Positions 37,910-47,972 of a stretch of 64,000 nt of DNA are shown piece after piece (position 1 is the stretch's first letter; every line of letters starts with the position of its first letter). The position numbers and the translations under genes were made by a program. The DNA lies in assembly GCA_045595185.1 (NCBI GenBank), contig JAZNZX010000014.1, positions 3,614 to 67,613 of the forward strand, read 5' to 3'. Origin of the DNA: Candidatus Fimenecus sp. (GTDB lineage Bacteria; Bacillota; Clostridia; Oscillospirales; Acutalibacteraceae). Under the pieces are notes generated by a model. That model saw only the letters and a list, made by a program, of their open reading frames with translations. It had not been told where the DNA came from and did not search any database.

Positions 37910-38713
37910 TCACCCCAACATTACATCAAGTAACATCATTACTGCGAAGCCGGAGATTATACCCATTGTTGCAAGGTATGGTTGTGTTTTTTTGTTTTTC
38001 TGACATTCGGGTATCAGTTCATGTACTGCGACCAAGACCATTGCACCTGCTGCGAATGACAGCGCATACGGTAGTATTGTTTCTATATAAATCACTAATA
38101 TTGCACCTATTACACCTGCAATCGGCTCTACCATTCCCGATGCCTGACCTATGAGAAAGCTTTTCTTTCTTGAATATCCTTCGCGTCGCAAGGGCACTGA
38201 AACAGCTGCACCTTCGGGAAAATTCTGAAGACCTATTCCCACAGCAACAGAAATTGCACCCATTAATTTTTCAGGTGTATATCCCCTATCCTGTAAAGCA
38301 CCGAATGCCACACCAACTGCAAGTCCTTCAGGTATGTTATGAAGTGTAATTGAAAGAATCAGCATAATAATTCTGTTTATTCGGTCGTTGTCATTTCCTT
38401 TTGTTTTATTTAATCTCTTTCGTGTAAATGAAATTATTTTGTCCGATAACCATATAAAAATTGCACCAAGTAAAAAACCTGTTGTTGCTACAAAATACGG
38501 TGGAATATGTGATGAAGCTTCTGCTCGTTCTATTGCAGGTTGAAGTAATGACCAAAAGCTTGCGGCAATCATTACTCCCGATGCAAAGCCTAACATAAAG
38601 TTGAGTAATTTTTGATTTGGTGATGAAAAAAATATAACACTTGATGCACCAAGAGCAGTCACAAGCCATGTAAAAAGCGTTGCAATAAGCGCCATAATAA
38701 CAAATGTATTCAT
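37910..38713 (-). CDS. ZIP family metal (zinc) transporter, ZupT-like
   Basis: HNIPEGLAVGVAF and QNFPEGAAV motifs; 8 TM segments. Confidence 0.85.
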   Translation of the reverse strand: MNTFVIMALIATLFTWLVTALGASSVIFFSSPNQKLLNFMLGFASGVMIAASFWSLLQPAIERAEASSHIPPYFVATTGFLLGAIFIWLSDKIISFTRKRLNKTKGNDNDRINRIIMLILSITLHNIPEGLAVGVAFGALQDRGYTPEKLMGAISVAVGIGLQNFPEGAAVSVPLRREGYSRKKSFLIGQASGMVEPIAGVIGAILVIYIETILPYALSFAAGAMVLVAVHELIPECQKNKKTQPYLATMGIISGFAVMMLLDVMLG

Positions 38714-38795
38714 ACAGCACCTCCTGTATTCATTATATTCTGTGAATACTTTGAGGTGAAAAAAAGATAGTGTTTTTCTACTGTCCTTTAGGATT

Positions 38796-38872
38796 GAGAT
38801 TCTTCGCTATGCTCAGAATGACACAAAATTAATTGCCATTTTAACCAACAACGGCGGGGTTTTGACCCCGCC
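38796..38872. repeat. Partial copy (right arm) of the MITE-like repeat plus a GC hairpin
   Basis: gagattcttcgctatgctcagaatgac is identical to the copy-1 right-arm core, followed by the hairpin ggcggggt-tttg-accccgcc. Confidence 0.75.
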
Positions 38873-38880
38873 CTACCATT

Positions 38881-41193
38881 TTATTCAAAATTTACTTGGA
38901 TGTTGTTATCTGTTGATGTTACAAGGATTTTGTTCATAATAGTGCCGATATTATCTATCATAAGTGTTGACACTTTATCCTCAATATTTCTTCGGATAAC
39001 ATTACGAAGGTCTCGTGCTCCTCGGACATTACCGTCCATCTTTGACACGATTGCAGACGGTGTATTGTCATCATAAACGAATTCAATTCCCTTATCCTTA
39101 AGGACTGTTTTCATTTCATCCATCATAAGCATTGCAATCTTCTTATAGTCCTCATCATCAAGTGGGTTGAACACAACGATTTCGTCAACTCGACCGATAA
39201 ATTCAGGACGCAAGAACTCATTGAGTGCTTTAAGGACTTTTTCTTTTGAAATATCCTTTGTAGTCTTACCGAAGCCTAATGAATTTTCTGCTTTCTGACT
39301 GCCTGCGTTTGAGGTCATAATAATTACCGTATTTGCAAAGCTTACAGTTCTTCCGTGAGCATCATTTGTCTTGCCCTCGTCAAGAATCTGAAGAAGAATG
39401 TTCATAACATCAGGATGTGCCTTTTCAATTTCGTCAAAAAGAATGATTGAATATGGCTTTCTGCGGACCTTTTCAGTAAGCTGGCCTGCTTCGTCATAGC
39501 CAACATACCCTGGAGGTGAACCGATAAGACGAGAAACTGAATGTTTCTCCATAAACTCGCTCATATCAAGACGGATAAGTGTTTCGGGAGTATCGAAAAG
39601 CTCCATTGAAAGCTGTTTTACAAGCTCTGTTTTACCAACACCTGTTGGTCCTACGAAAATAAATGATGCAGGTCTTTTCTGAAGTGTCAACTGAATTCTG
39701 CTACGCTTGATTGCATTTGCTACAAGTGTAACTGCCTCGTCCTGACCGATTACCTTTTCCATAAGTCTGTCTTCAAGACCTTTTAATCTGTTGATGTCCC
39801 CTTCAACAACCTTTGTTGCAGGAATTCCTGTCCAAAGATTTATAACCTTAGCCAAATCTTCTTCCGTTACATTGTTATCCTTTGCCTTTTCCTGAAGTTC
39901 AGGTGCTTTGCCTTCACAGACTGCAAGTTCGCCTTTAGTTCTATATAAATCTTCATAAACAGGGTTAAGGTCTTCGTCTTTTTCGGGATTTGCAATCTTT
40001 TCTTCAAGTGCTTCAAGTTCTTTTTTGAGAGTTGCTATCTTCTTTTCGTTAATCTCATTTTCGCTGATTGCCTTATTGCGAAGATTTGCACAAGTACAAG
40101 CTTCGTCAAGAAGGTCGATTGCTTTGTCAGGTAAAAATCTGTCAGTAATATATCTTTCAGAAAGAGTTACTGCCTTATATACAAGGTTATCGCTAATCTG
40201 TACACGGTGGAAAAGTTCGTAATATCCCTTGATGCCAACAAGCATTTTAAATGTATCATCAATTGACGGTTCTTCCACTTTTACAGGCTGAAAACGACGC
40301 TCAAGGGCAGCATCTTTTTCAATATGTTTACGGTATTCGTTGAATGTTGTTGCACCAATTACCTGAATAGCACCACGAGAAAGTGCAGGTTTTAAGATGT
40401 TTGCGGCATTCATTGAGCCCTCTGCATCACCTGTACCCACAAGATTATGAACCTCGTCAATAAAGAGAATGATGTTACCCTCGCTCTTTACTTCTTCAAC
40501 AAGTCCTTTGATTCGGCTTTCGAACTGACCACGGAACTGTGTACCCGCAACAAGTGCTGTAAGGTCAAGAAGATGTATTTCTTTATCCATAAGTTTTGCA
40601 GGAACATTACCGTCGGCAATTCTTTGTGCAAGGCCCTCGGCAATAGCTGTTTTACCAACACCGGGTTCACCGATAAGACAAGGGTTATTCTTTGTTCGTC
40701 TGCATAAAATCTGAATTGCTCTTGCGATTTCAGTATCTCTGCCGATAATTCGGTCAAGCTTACCCTCTCTTGCGCGAGCTGTCAAATCTGTACAGTAAAG
40801 AGAAAGCATCTTTCTCTTGTCATTCTTTGTGCCCTGCTTTTTCTTGCCCTTATTATTAGTTTTTTTGTCACCGTTAAGGTCCTTGATATTCTCTTCAGGA
40901 ACATCCATAGGCATCATACCCATATTCTGCATAAACGGAAATGTTGATGCACCGCCAAGCTGGAAGTCATCACCCATACTTTCCATCATTTGTTCCATCT
41001 GTTCACTCATATCATCAAGGTCATCCTCTGTCATACCCATATTTTCCATAATTTGTTTAATTGGGCCAACATTCATCTCCATAGCACACTTGATGCACAA
41101 ACCCTCATTAGTTGTCTTATCGCCTTCCATCTTTGTGATAAAGATTACGGCAGGTCTTTGTTTGCATTTACTGCAAATCATATTTTTGTTCAT
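38881..41193 (-). CDS. clpE: Class III AAA+ Clp ATPase with an N-terminal zinc ribbon (ClpE-like)
   Basis: CSKCKQ...CIKCA zinc ribbon. Two Walker A motifs (GEPGVGKTAI, GPTGVGKTEL). LGFG ClpP-docking loop. A Met/Asp/Glu-rich linker follows the zinc ribbon. Confidence 0.78.
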   Translation of the reverse strand: MNKNMICSKCKQRPAVIFITKMEGDKTTNEGLCIKCAMEMNVGPIKQIMENMGMTEDDLDDMSEQMEQMMESMGDDFQLGGASTFPFMQNMGMMPMDVPEENIKDLNGDKKTNNKGKKKQGTKNDKRKMLSLYCTDLTARAREGKLDRIIGRDTEIARAIQILCRRTKNNPCLIGEPGVGKTAIAEGLAQRIADGNVPAKLMDKEIHLLDLTALVAGTQFRGQFESRIKGLVEEVKSEGNIILFIDEVHNLVGTGDAEGSMNAANILKPALSRGAIQVIGATTFNEYRKHIEKDAALERRFQPVKVEEPSIDDTFKMLVGIKGYYELFHRVQISDNLVYKAVTLSERYITDRFLPDKAIDLLDEACTCANLRNKAISENEINEKKIATLKKELEALEEKIANPEKDEDLNPVYEDLYRTKGELAVCEGKAPELQEKAKDNNVTEEDLAKVINLWTGIPATKVVEGDINRLKGLEDRLMEKVIGQDEAVTLVANAIKRSRIQLTLQKRPASFIFVGPTGVGKTELVKQLSMELFDTPETLIRLDMSEFMEKHSVSRLIGSPPGYVGYDEAGQLTEKVRRKPYSIILFDEIEKAHPDVMNILLQILDEGKTNDAHGRTVSFANTVIIMTSNAGSQKAENSLGFGKTTKDISKEKVLKALNEFLRPEFIGRVDEIVVFNPLDDEDYKKIAMLMMDEMKTVLKDKGIEFVYDDNTPSAIVSKMDGNVRGARDLRNVIRRNIEDKVSTLMIDNIGTIMNKILVTSTDNNIQVNFE

Positions 41194-41211
41194 TATGTGT
41201 CCTCTTTTTGC

Positions 41212-41865
41212 TTAGTTTTTCTTTGAATTTTCTTTCATCTGTCTGATTGCACTTGGTAAATAGCTGAAGAATGCAATAAATGTTAACACAACAGCCACTA
41301 TAACAAGAATAAACATAAATGTTTCAGGAATTGTATATTGTGGATAGTACATACTGATAGCACCGATTTCAGGGCCAAATCCGATTATTACTACCATTAC
41401 TGCATAGAATACGAATGTTGCAAGTTTTCCCCAGATTTCTGCTGCAACAGGTCTTGTTCCCAATGCGATAAGTACAACGCTTCCTAAAATCATAATGATA
41501 TCTTTTGCGATAAAGAGCAAGAATACCCACGCAAAAGCCTGCATTGATTCGCTCTGTGCTTCCTTGAATTTAAGGAAAAGAACAATAGCAAGTGCAAAAA
41601 TTGTAAGCTTGTCAGCAACAGGATCAAGAAGTTTACCAAGATTTGAAACCTGATTGAACTTTCTTGCAATTTTACCGTCAACAGCATCTGATAAACCTGA
41701 AATGAAAATTACAAATACAGTCCACCAGATATAACCTTTATAATAAAGCACTGCAATTACAGGAATTAACAGAATTCTTATTACTGAAATAAGATTTGGT
41801 ATTGTAAGGCAACCGTCAAATATTTCCTTTAAATTTTCTTTTAATGTTTTCTTTGTTTCACTCAT
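41212..41865 (-). CDS. CDP-alcohol phosphatidyltransferase (PgsA-like)
   Basis: DAVDGKIARKFNQVSNLGKLLDPVADK matches D-x2-DG-x2-AR-x8-G-x3-D-x3-D. Confidence 0.85.
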   Translation of the reverse strand: MSETKKTLKENLKEIFDGCLTIPNLISVIRILLIPVIAVLYYKGYIWWTVFVIFISGLSDAVDGKIARKFNQVSNLGKLLDPVADKLTIFALAIVLFLKFKEAQSESMQAFAWVFLLFIAKDIIMILGSVVLIALGTRPVAAEIWGKLATFVFYAVMVVIIGFGPEIGAISMYYPQYTIPETFMFILVIVAVVLTFIAFFSYLPSAIRQMKENSKKN

Positions 41866-41881
41866 AGCAATTACTCCTTAA

Positions 41882-42592
41882 TCAGAAGATTTCTTTTAAA
41901 GATTTTATGAACGGATTAATATTGTCAAGTAATCCGATTACATACGAATTATTAACTGCATTTGAAATTTCACTGTCTCCATTTGCGAAAATGAGTTCAA
42001 GGAAAGTGCAGACAAATACAATAACAAGAACACCTTTGCAAGCACCAAGCACACCGCCGAGTACTTTGTTCACAGTTCCGATTAGTGGCAATTTGAAAAG
42101 CTTTGAAAGTAATTTTGCCACCCATTTCAACGCGAAAATCAGCACTGCTGACAATATTAAAAAGAATATTACTGTCAATGCACCGACTGCAATAGGCTTT
42201 GCAACTTTACCGACAAGCTCCGTTGCAAGATTTTCAGAGGAGAATGAGTAAGAACCCATATTTTGTACTAACTCCTCAACATCAACTCCGACTGATGATG
42301 CAAAGGATGCCATAAATTCAGGAATTGAGTCTAAAACGACCTCAGCCTGTGCTGTTGTTGAAGAAATATTAAGTGTTTCGTCAATCTGTGTTTCAACTGT
42401 TTCAATAAGACTTTCTTCAACAAAACCGTCATAGGCTGCCTGTGCAACAACAGGACTGAACTGATAAGACACGGCAAGGGCAACGATTACGGCAACAAGC
42501 TCAAGTAAAGTGAGCATAAAGCCTTTTTTTGCTGCTGTAAAAATAAACGCTGCAAAAATAGTTACTAAAATAACATCTAAAATAATACTCAT
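41882..42592 (-). CDS. CvpA family membrane protein
   Basis: N-terminal ILDVILVTIFAAFIFTAAKKGF and a four-TM layout typical of CvpA. Confidence 0.7.
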   Translation of the reverse strand: MSIILDVILVTIFAAFIFTAAKKGFMLTLLELVAVIVALAVSYQFSPVVAQAAYDGFVEESLIETVETQIDETLNISSTTAQAEVVLDSIPEFMASFASSVGVDVEELVQNMGSYSFSSENLATELVGKVAKPIAVGALTVIFFLILSAVLIFALKWVAKLLSKLFKLPLIGTVNKVLGGVLGACKGVLVIVFVCTFLELIFANGDSEISNAVNNSYVIGLLDNINPFIKSLKEIF

Positions 42593-42609
42593 TTTTTCAC
42601 CTCTGAAAA

Positions 42610-43836
42610 TTATTTTTTATTATCGCTGACAGATGAATATTTGTCAATTTTATCTACTGAATAAACATATGTATTTCGTCCTGAAATCATAATCTTTTCA
42701 GCATCGGTATTAACATCGGCTGAACCACAAAGCTTACCGTTTCTGTTGTTATAAATCTGTACCTGTTCATCAGTTAAAACACCTGTATATTTTCCGTCGG
42801 TTGAAACAGATTTTACAAGACCGTTAATTTCCTGAGTGAAAAGCTCTGAACCTGATTTATTGTACACCTTAATGATTTTTTGTGTTGTACTTGCGTATTT
42901 TGAAAGTACAAGAACTGCTGTATTATTATCGGAAATATAGAGTTTATATGGTGTATTTACCGATACATCAATTTTTTCCTTAACCTTATCCCCTTTTATA
43001 ACCTCACAGATATTATTGCCAAAAACAAACAATGTTTCGTTTGACAAGAACTGGACTGATGAAACTGCACTGTCCGCATATTCAAAGGTGGCTTTTGGTT
43101 CGTCGTCATTTTTGTTGAAAATATGAACCTTTGAATAAACAGCACCGTTATTGACACCAAGAACTGTTACTGCAAAGTATTTTCCGTTATCGGAAACATC
43201 ACAGGAAATAATGTTTTCCTTTGCACATTTCCAGACAAAAATTTCTTCTGCCTTTGTGTTATATACGGTCAACATACTCTGTGCATCCTTTGTTCTTGAA
43301 CCGATTGCAACAGTACCGTCTTTACCCATAGCACCTGTAAGAATCATATATTGGAGTTCTTTTTCATAAAGCACTTTAGTTTTTGACTGGACTCTGAACT
43401 TTTTAGCACCTTCATCAAAAATCAACGCTCTGCCACTATTACTGCTAAGCACAGGATGGTCATAATCGTGATTAAGGTTTGAAAGTTCCTTTGCAGTTGA
43501 ATCAAGAACCTTTACTGTATCATCATAAACTAAAAGCAAGTCAGAATTTGTTACACCTGCATCAGTTATTTCAACACCGTTCATTCTGTAAGGATAACCG
43601 TCACCTGAACCGAAGCCTGCAATTGAAGTCCTGATTTGGTCGCTGATTGTTGAAAATGTTACACCACCGAACTGTCCTGCTGCAAGAACAATCAAGAGGA
43701 GAACAACAAGTATTATTGCAAGAAGCTTTAAGGTTTTTGCACTTTTTGCACTAACGGTCAGATTCAATTTTTTCTTTTTGACAGGCTTTTTTGATTTTAC
43801 CGGTCTTTTGTTTCTTTCTTCCACAATTTTCACCAC
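42610..43836 (-). CDS. Membrane-anchored hypothetical protein (beta-propeller-like; possibly DUF5711)
   Basis: Basic N-terminus, one TM helix, then a long beta-rich domain. The start is ambiguous (GTG at 43836 or 43824). Confidence 0.55.
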   Translation of the reverse strand: MVKIVEERNKRPVKSKKPVKKKKLNLTVSAKSAKTLKLLAIILVVLLLIVLAAGQFGGVTFSTISDQIRTSIAGFGSGDGYPYRMNGVEITDAGVTNSDLLLVYDDTVKVLDSTAKELSNLNHDYDHPVLSSNSGRALIFDEGAKKFRVQSKTKVLYEKELQYMILTGAMGKDGTVAIGSRTKDAQSMLTVYNTKAEEIFVWKCAKENIISCDVSDNGKYFAVTVLGVNNGAVYSKVHIFNKNDDEPKATFEYADSAVSSVQFLSNETLFVFGNNICEVIKGDKVKEKIDVSVNTPYKLYISDNNTAVLVLSKYASTTQKIIKVYNKSGSELFTQEINGLVKSVSTDGKYTGVLTDEQVQIYNNRNGKLCGSADVNTDAEKIMISGRNTYVYSVDKIDKYSSVSDNKK

Positions 43837-43839
43837 ACA

Positions 43840-44583
43840 TTATTTGTTATTGTAATAAACTTTGTTAAGATATAGTCCACAACCTGGGGCAGTAACTCCT
43901 GCGTTATTTCGGTCAAGACTGTTTATTATTTCTTTAATACTGTCCTTTTGAATTTTTCCTCGCTGAATATCAAGAAGTGTTCCGACTATAATTCGCACCA
44001 TATTATAAAGAAAACCATTTCCGCTGACACGAATTTCGACTATATCACCGTTTCTTGAAACACTGCAATCGTATATTTCTCTTGTTTTATCTGTTATTTC
44101 AGTTCCTGCACTGCAAAATGCAGAAAAATCGTGAACACCTATAAAATCCTTTGCCTGTTTATCAAGCATTTCTGCATCTATGGTGTAAGGATAAAACAAG
44201 GCTTTGTTTTCATAAAAAGGATTTCGATATTTACCGTTATAAATTAAGTAAACATACTCTTTTCCCTTACAGTCATATCTTGCGTGGAAATCGTAATCCA
44301 CCTCTTTGCAATCATACACCGAGACAGTTGCCGGAAGATAAAAGTTCAATGCATCAGGTAATTTTTCGGTTGAAACCTGACATTCTGTACAAACATTACA
44401 ACAGAACATATTTGCGTGAACACCTGTATCGGTACGACTGCAACCTATTATATTTTCATCATTTCCGCTTATTTTTCTAAAAGCATTACATAATTCTTGC
44501 TGTACGGTAACTGCGTTTGGTTGAAGCTGCCAACCGTGAAAATCAGTACCGTCATATCGCAAGGTTAAAAGTAAATTCCGCAT
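43840..44583 (-). CDS. truA: tRNA pseudouridine(38-40) synthase
   Basis: MRNLLLTLRYDGTDFHGWQLQ and GCSRTDTGVHA (catalytic Asp). Confidence 0.9.
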   Translation of the reverse strand: MRNLLLTLRYDGTDFHGWQLQPNAVTVQQELCNAFRKISGNDENIIGCSRTDTGVHANMFCCNVCTECQVSTEKLPDALNFYLPATVSVYDCKEVDYDFHARYDCKGKEYVYLIYNGKYRNPFYENKALFYPYTIDAEMLDKQAKDFIGVHDFSAFCSAGTEITDKTREIYDCSVSRNGDIVEIRVSGNGFLYNMVRIIVGTLLDIQRGKIQKDSIKEIINSLDRNNAGVTAPGCGLYLNKVYYNNK

Positions 44584-45394
44584 TATATTCACCACAGAAA
44601 ATATTGAGAACAATTATTACTGCTATAAGCAACACCATAACTAAATATGAAGCATAGTCACTTTTTTTGAATTTGAGTGCATTCATAGTTGTTTTTCCTT
44701 TACCACCGTTATAACAACGACAAGTCATAGCATTAGCCAACTCATATGCACGTCTTATTGAATTGAAAAGCAAAGGAATAAACAAAGGAATAAGTGCCTT
44801 TGCTCTTTTAATGAGATTCCCCTGTTCAAAGGATGCACCACGACTTTTTTGTGCACTCATTATTTTATCAACCTCTTCAATAAGAGTTGGTATAAACCTT
44901 AAGGCAATTGTCATTATCATTGTGACCATATGAAAATCAATACCGATTTTCTTGAGCGGTACAAAAAGTCGGTCAAGACCGTTTGTAAGTGATGTCGGAG
45001 ACGTTGTATATGTGAGCATGGTGCTCATAGCAATAAGTAGTGAAATGCGAATTGCCATAAATAAGGCTGTTAAAACGCCACCACTTGTAATTTTTATTTT
45101 CCAGAAATCAATAAGAGTAATTCCTGTTTTTACATAAGCAATCTGTAAAACTGATGTGATTATTACTACAAGTAATATCGGTCTTAAACCTTTAATTACC
45201 GTTTTGACAGGTATTTTTGATAAGGCAATAACCACCGTTGCTGTTATAAAATTAAATAAAAGAGAAACAAAATTGTTTGAAACGAACACCATCACAATAA
45301 AAAGAATTGTGAAAAGGAGTTTCGTTCTTGGGTCGAGTTTATGAATTACTGAATTAAATGGGAAATACTGACCGATTGTAATATCCTTAATCAT
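44552..45394 (-). CDS. ecfT: Energy-coupling factor transporter transmembrane component
   Basis: CbiQ/EcfT pattern (LDPRTKLLF..., ARGA/SRGASF coupling helices). Follows two ecfA genes. Confidence 0.88.
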   Translation of the reverse strand: MIKDITIGQYFPFNSVIHKLDPRTKLLFTILFIVMVFVSNNFVSLLFNFITATVVIALSKIPVKTVIKGLRPILLVVIITSVLQIAYVKTGITLIDFWKIKITSGGVLTALFMAIRISLLIAMSTMLTYTTSPTSLTNGLDRLFVPLKKIGIDFHMVTMIMTIALRFIPTLIEEVDKIMSAQKSRGASFEQGNLIKRAKALIPLFIPLLFNSIRRAYELANAMTCRCYNGGKGKTTMNALKFKKSDYASYLVMVLLIAVIIVLNIFCGEYNAEFTFNLAI

Positions 45395-46253
45395 TAGTCA
45401 CACTCCCCTCAAAAAGCCTTTTGAGTTCAAGGTAACCCTGCTCAACTGTATATATTTTTTCACTCACATTATAGCCTTTTTCACGAAGCTTGATAAAAAC
45501 TTCCGTAATCTGTGGCACAGAAAGACCAATTTCACGAAGTCTTGATGCTCGTTCGAAAACCTCGTCAACCGTTCCTGTCATTTCTACCTTTGAATCGTTC
45601 ATAACAATGACTTTTGTGGCAAAACGAGCCACATCATCCATACTGTGAGATACAATAATTACTGTTTTGCCTGTCTTATCACGATAGTTTTTTACAAGGG
45701 ATAAAATTTGCTCCCTACCTCTTGGGTCAAGACCGCTTGTCGGCTCATCAAGAATAAGAATTTCAGGCTCCATTGAAAGAACACCTGCGATTGCAACTCG
45801 TCTTTTCTGACCACCTGAAAGGTCAAAAGGAGATTTCCCCAGCATTTCGTCGGGAATACCAACATACTTTGCTGCTTTTCTTACTCTTTCATCAATCTCA
45901 TCCTTTGAAAGTCCCATATTTGTAGGACCAAAGGCAATATCCTTATAAACAGTTTCTTCAAAAAGCTGATATTCAGGATACTGAAAACAAAGTCCAACAC
46001 GAAAACGAGCATCAAAAAGAGTTGATTTTGACTTATGTATATTGCTTTCATCAAGGAAAATTTTTCCGTCAGTCGGCTTTAAAAGTCCGTTAAGATGCTG
46101 AACGAGAGTGCTTTTTCCTGAGCCGGTATGACCGATTATGGCAACAAATTCACCCTTATTAAGTTCAATATTTACATTGTCAAGTGCGGTGATTTTAAAA
46201 GGCGTGCCTTCACCGTACACATATGTTAAATTTTCTGTTCTAAGGTGAGACAT
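45387..46253 (-). CDS. ecfA2: Energy-coupling factor transporter ATPase
   Basis: Walker A GHTGSGKST, signature LSGGQKRRVAIA, Walker B ILILDEP. Confidence 0.9.
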   Translation of the reverse strand: MSHLRTENLTYVYGEGTPFKITALDNVNIELNKGEFVAIIGHTGSGKSTLVQHLNGLLKPTDGKIFLDESNIHKSKSTLFDARFRVGLCFQYPEYQLFEETVYKDIAFGPTNMGLSKDEIDERVRKAAKYVGIPDEMLGKSPFDLSGGQKRRVAIAGVLSMEPEILILDEPTSGLDPRGREQILSLVKNYRDKTGKTVIIVSHSMDDVARFATKVIVMNDSKVEMTGTVDEVFERASRLREIGLSVPQITEVFIKLREKGYNVSEKIYTVEQGYLELKRLFEGSVTND

Positions 46254-46256
46254 TTT

Positions 46257-47108
46257 TTACTGACCTTTCAATAATTCATCTATATTTTCTACGAGTTCAT
46301 CTATACTCAACAAATCATTTTTGAGTTTAATTCCATCTGATTTAAGCATTTTTGCCAACTGACAAGTCTGTGGTACATCAAGACCGATGCTACGAATTTT
46401 ATCGGTATCTGCAAAAACTTCCTTTGGTGTTCCGTCCATTAAAAGACGACTGTCGTCCATAACCACAATTCTGTCAGCTTCACAGGCTTCTTCCATATAA
46501 TGAGTGATGAAAACCACTGTGATTCCGAGTTCACGGTTAAGGCGTTTAATTGCCCTCATAACATCACGCCTGCCCTCAGGGTCAAGCATGGCAGTAGGCT
46601 CGTCAAGAATGATACAACGAGGCTCCATAGCGATAATACCTGCTATTGCAACACGCTGTTTCTGACCACCTGAAAGCTTATGTGGTTCGTGATTTTTATA
46701 TTTATACATACCGACGATTTTTAATGATTCATCAACTCGTCTGCGAATTTCAGATGGTTCAATACCCAAATTTTCAGGACCGAATGCAACATCTTCTTCA
46801 ACGATAGTTGCTACAATCTGATTATCGGGATTCTGAAAAACCACGCCGACTGTCTGTTTTATTTTTATATCGTCATCTTCATTTTTCGTATCCATTCCAT
46901 TGACAAGAATTGTGCCACTTTCAGGAAGCAAAAGACCGTTCGAGAGCTTTGCCAATGTGCTTTTACCTGAACCGTTGTGACCGAGAATAGCCATAAAATC
47001 GCCTTCATTGATATTCAATGAAAAATCCTTTACAGCGGGTGCTAAAACAACACCTTCATCATCACTCTCATAACGAAATGTTACATTTTTAAATTCTATA
47101 ATGCTCAT
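46257..47108 (-). CDS. ecfA1: Energy-coupling factor transporter ATPase
   Basis: Walker A GHNGSGKST, LSGGQKQRVAIA, CIILDEP. Confidence 0.9.
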   Translation of the reverse strand: MSIIEFKNVTFRYESDDEGVVLAPAVKDFSLNINEGDFMAILGHNGSGKSTLAKLSNGLLLPESGTILVNGMDTKNEDDDIKIKQTVGVVFQNPDNQIVATIVEEDVAFGPENLGIEPSEIRRRVDESLKIVGMYKYKNHEPHKLSGGQKQRVAIAGIIAMEPRCIILDEPTAMLDPEGRRDVMRAIKRLNRELGITVVFITHYMEEACEADRIVVMDDSRLLMDGTPKEVFADTDKIRSIGLDVPQTCQLAKMLKSDGIKLKNDLLSIDELVENIDELLKGQ

Positions 47109-47971
47109 TCTTTACTCCAAATTGCACTTGCACCGCAAGGCAGGATAAGTCCATTTTCAGTGGTACGAAGTCCGATTTCACTACCGGTTACCTTACCACC
47201 GAAACGCTTTTTCACAACAGCACCAAGTATGTACTCCATAACTGACGGTGAAAGACCTGTTGTATATGAATTTATAAGTACCATAAGCGGGTCGTCGGAT
47301 AAAACCTGACTGCAAAGCTCAACAAAACCGTAAACTTCGTTTTCAAGCTTCCAGACCTCGCCACCGGGACCTCTGCCATAAGATGGTGGGTCCATTATGA
47401 TAATATCGTATTTATTTCCGCGACGAATTTCACGCTGTACAAACTTAATACAGTCATCAACAATCCATCTTACCTGTTTATCCGAAACACCTGATGAGGC
47501 AGCATTTTCCTTTGCCCAGAGTGTCATACCCTTTGACGCGTCAACATGGCAGACCGATGCACCTGCTTTAAGTGCTGAAACGGTAGCACCACCTGTATAT
47601 GCAAAAAGGTTAAGAACCTTCACTTCACGGTTTGCTTTCTTTATAATATCGGCTGTTAAGTCCCAATTGACAGCCTGTTCAGGAAAAAGTCCCGTATGCT
47701 TAAAGCCCATTGTTTTAATATTAAAGGTCAAATCACGATAACCGATTGTCCAGAAATCAGGAATTATATTTCTTATTTCCCATTGACCACCACCTGTTTG
47801 TGAACGGTGATATATGGCATCAGCCTTTTTCCAAAGGGGATTTTTCTTTTCTGTTTTCCAAATAACCTGTGGGTCAGGTCGGATTAGCGTTATATTGCCC
47901 CAACGCTCAAGTCGTTCACCACAAGAGCAATCAATAAGTTCATAATTCTTCCAGCTATCTGCAACTCGCAT
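47105..47971 (-). CDS. Class I SAM-dependent (rRNA large-subunit type) methyltransferase
   Basis: VLNLFAYTGGATVSA (motif I) and IIMDPPSYGRGP (motif IV), as in the RlmI/RlmK-like Methyltrans_SAM family. Confidence 0.78.
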   Translation of the reverse strand: MRVADSWKNYELIDCSCGERLERWGNITLIRPDPQVIWKTEKKNPLWKKADAIYHRSQTGGGQWEIRNIIPDFWTIGYRDLTFNIKTMGFKHTGLFPEQAVNWDLTADIIKKANREVKVLNLFAYTGGATVSALKAGASVCHVDASKGMTLWAKENAASSGVSDKQVRWIVDDCIKFVQREIRRGNKYDIIIMDPPSYGRGPGGEVWKLENEVYGFVELCSQVLSDDPLMVLINSYTTGLSPSVMEYILGAVVKKRFGGKVTGSEIGLRTTENGLILPCGASAIWSKE

Positions 47972-47972
47972 T

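Noticed and set aside
37733-38154. ORFs 37733-37933 and 37774-38154 (+)
   Set aside because: They start inside a terminator and a GC-rich palindromic repeat and then run antisense to the well-supported ZIP transporter gene. There is no SD.
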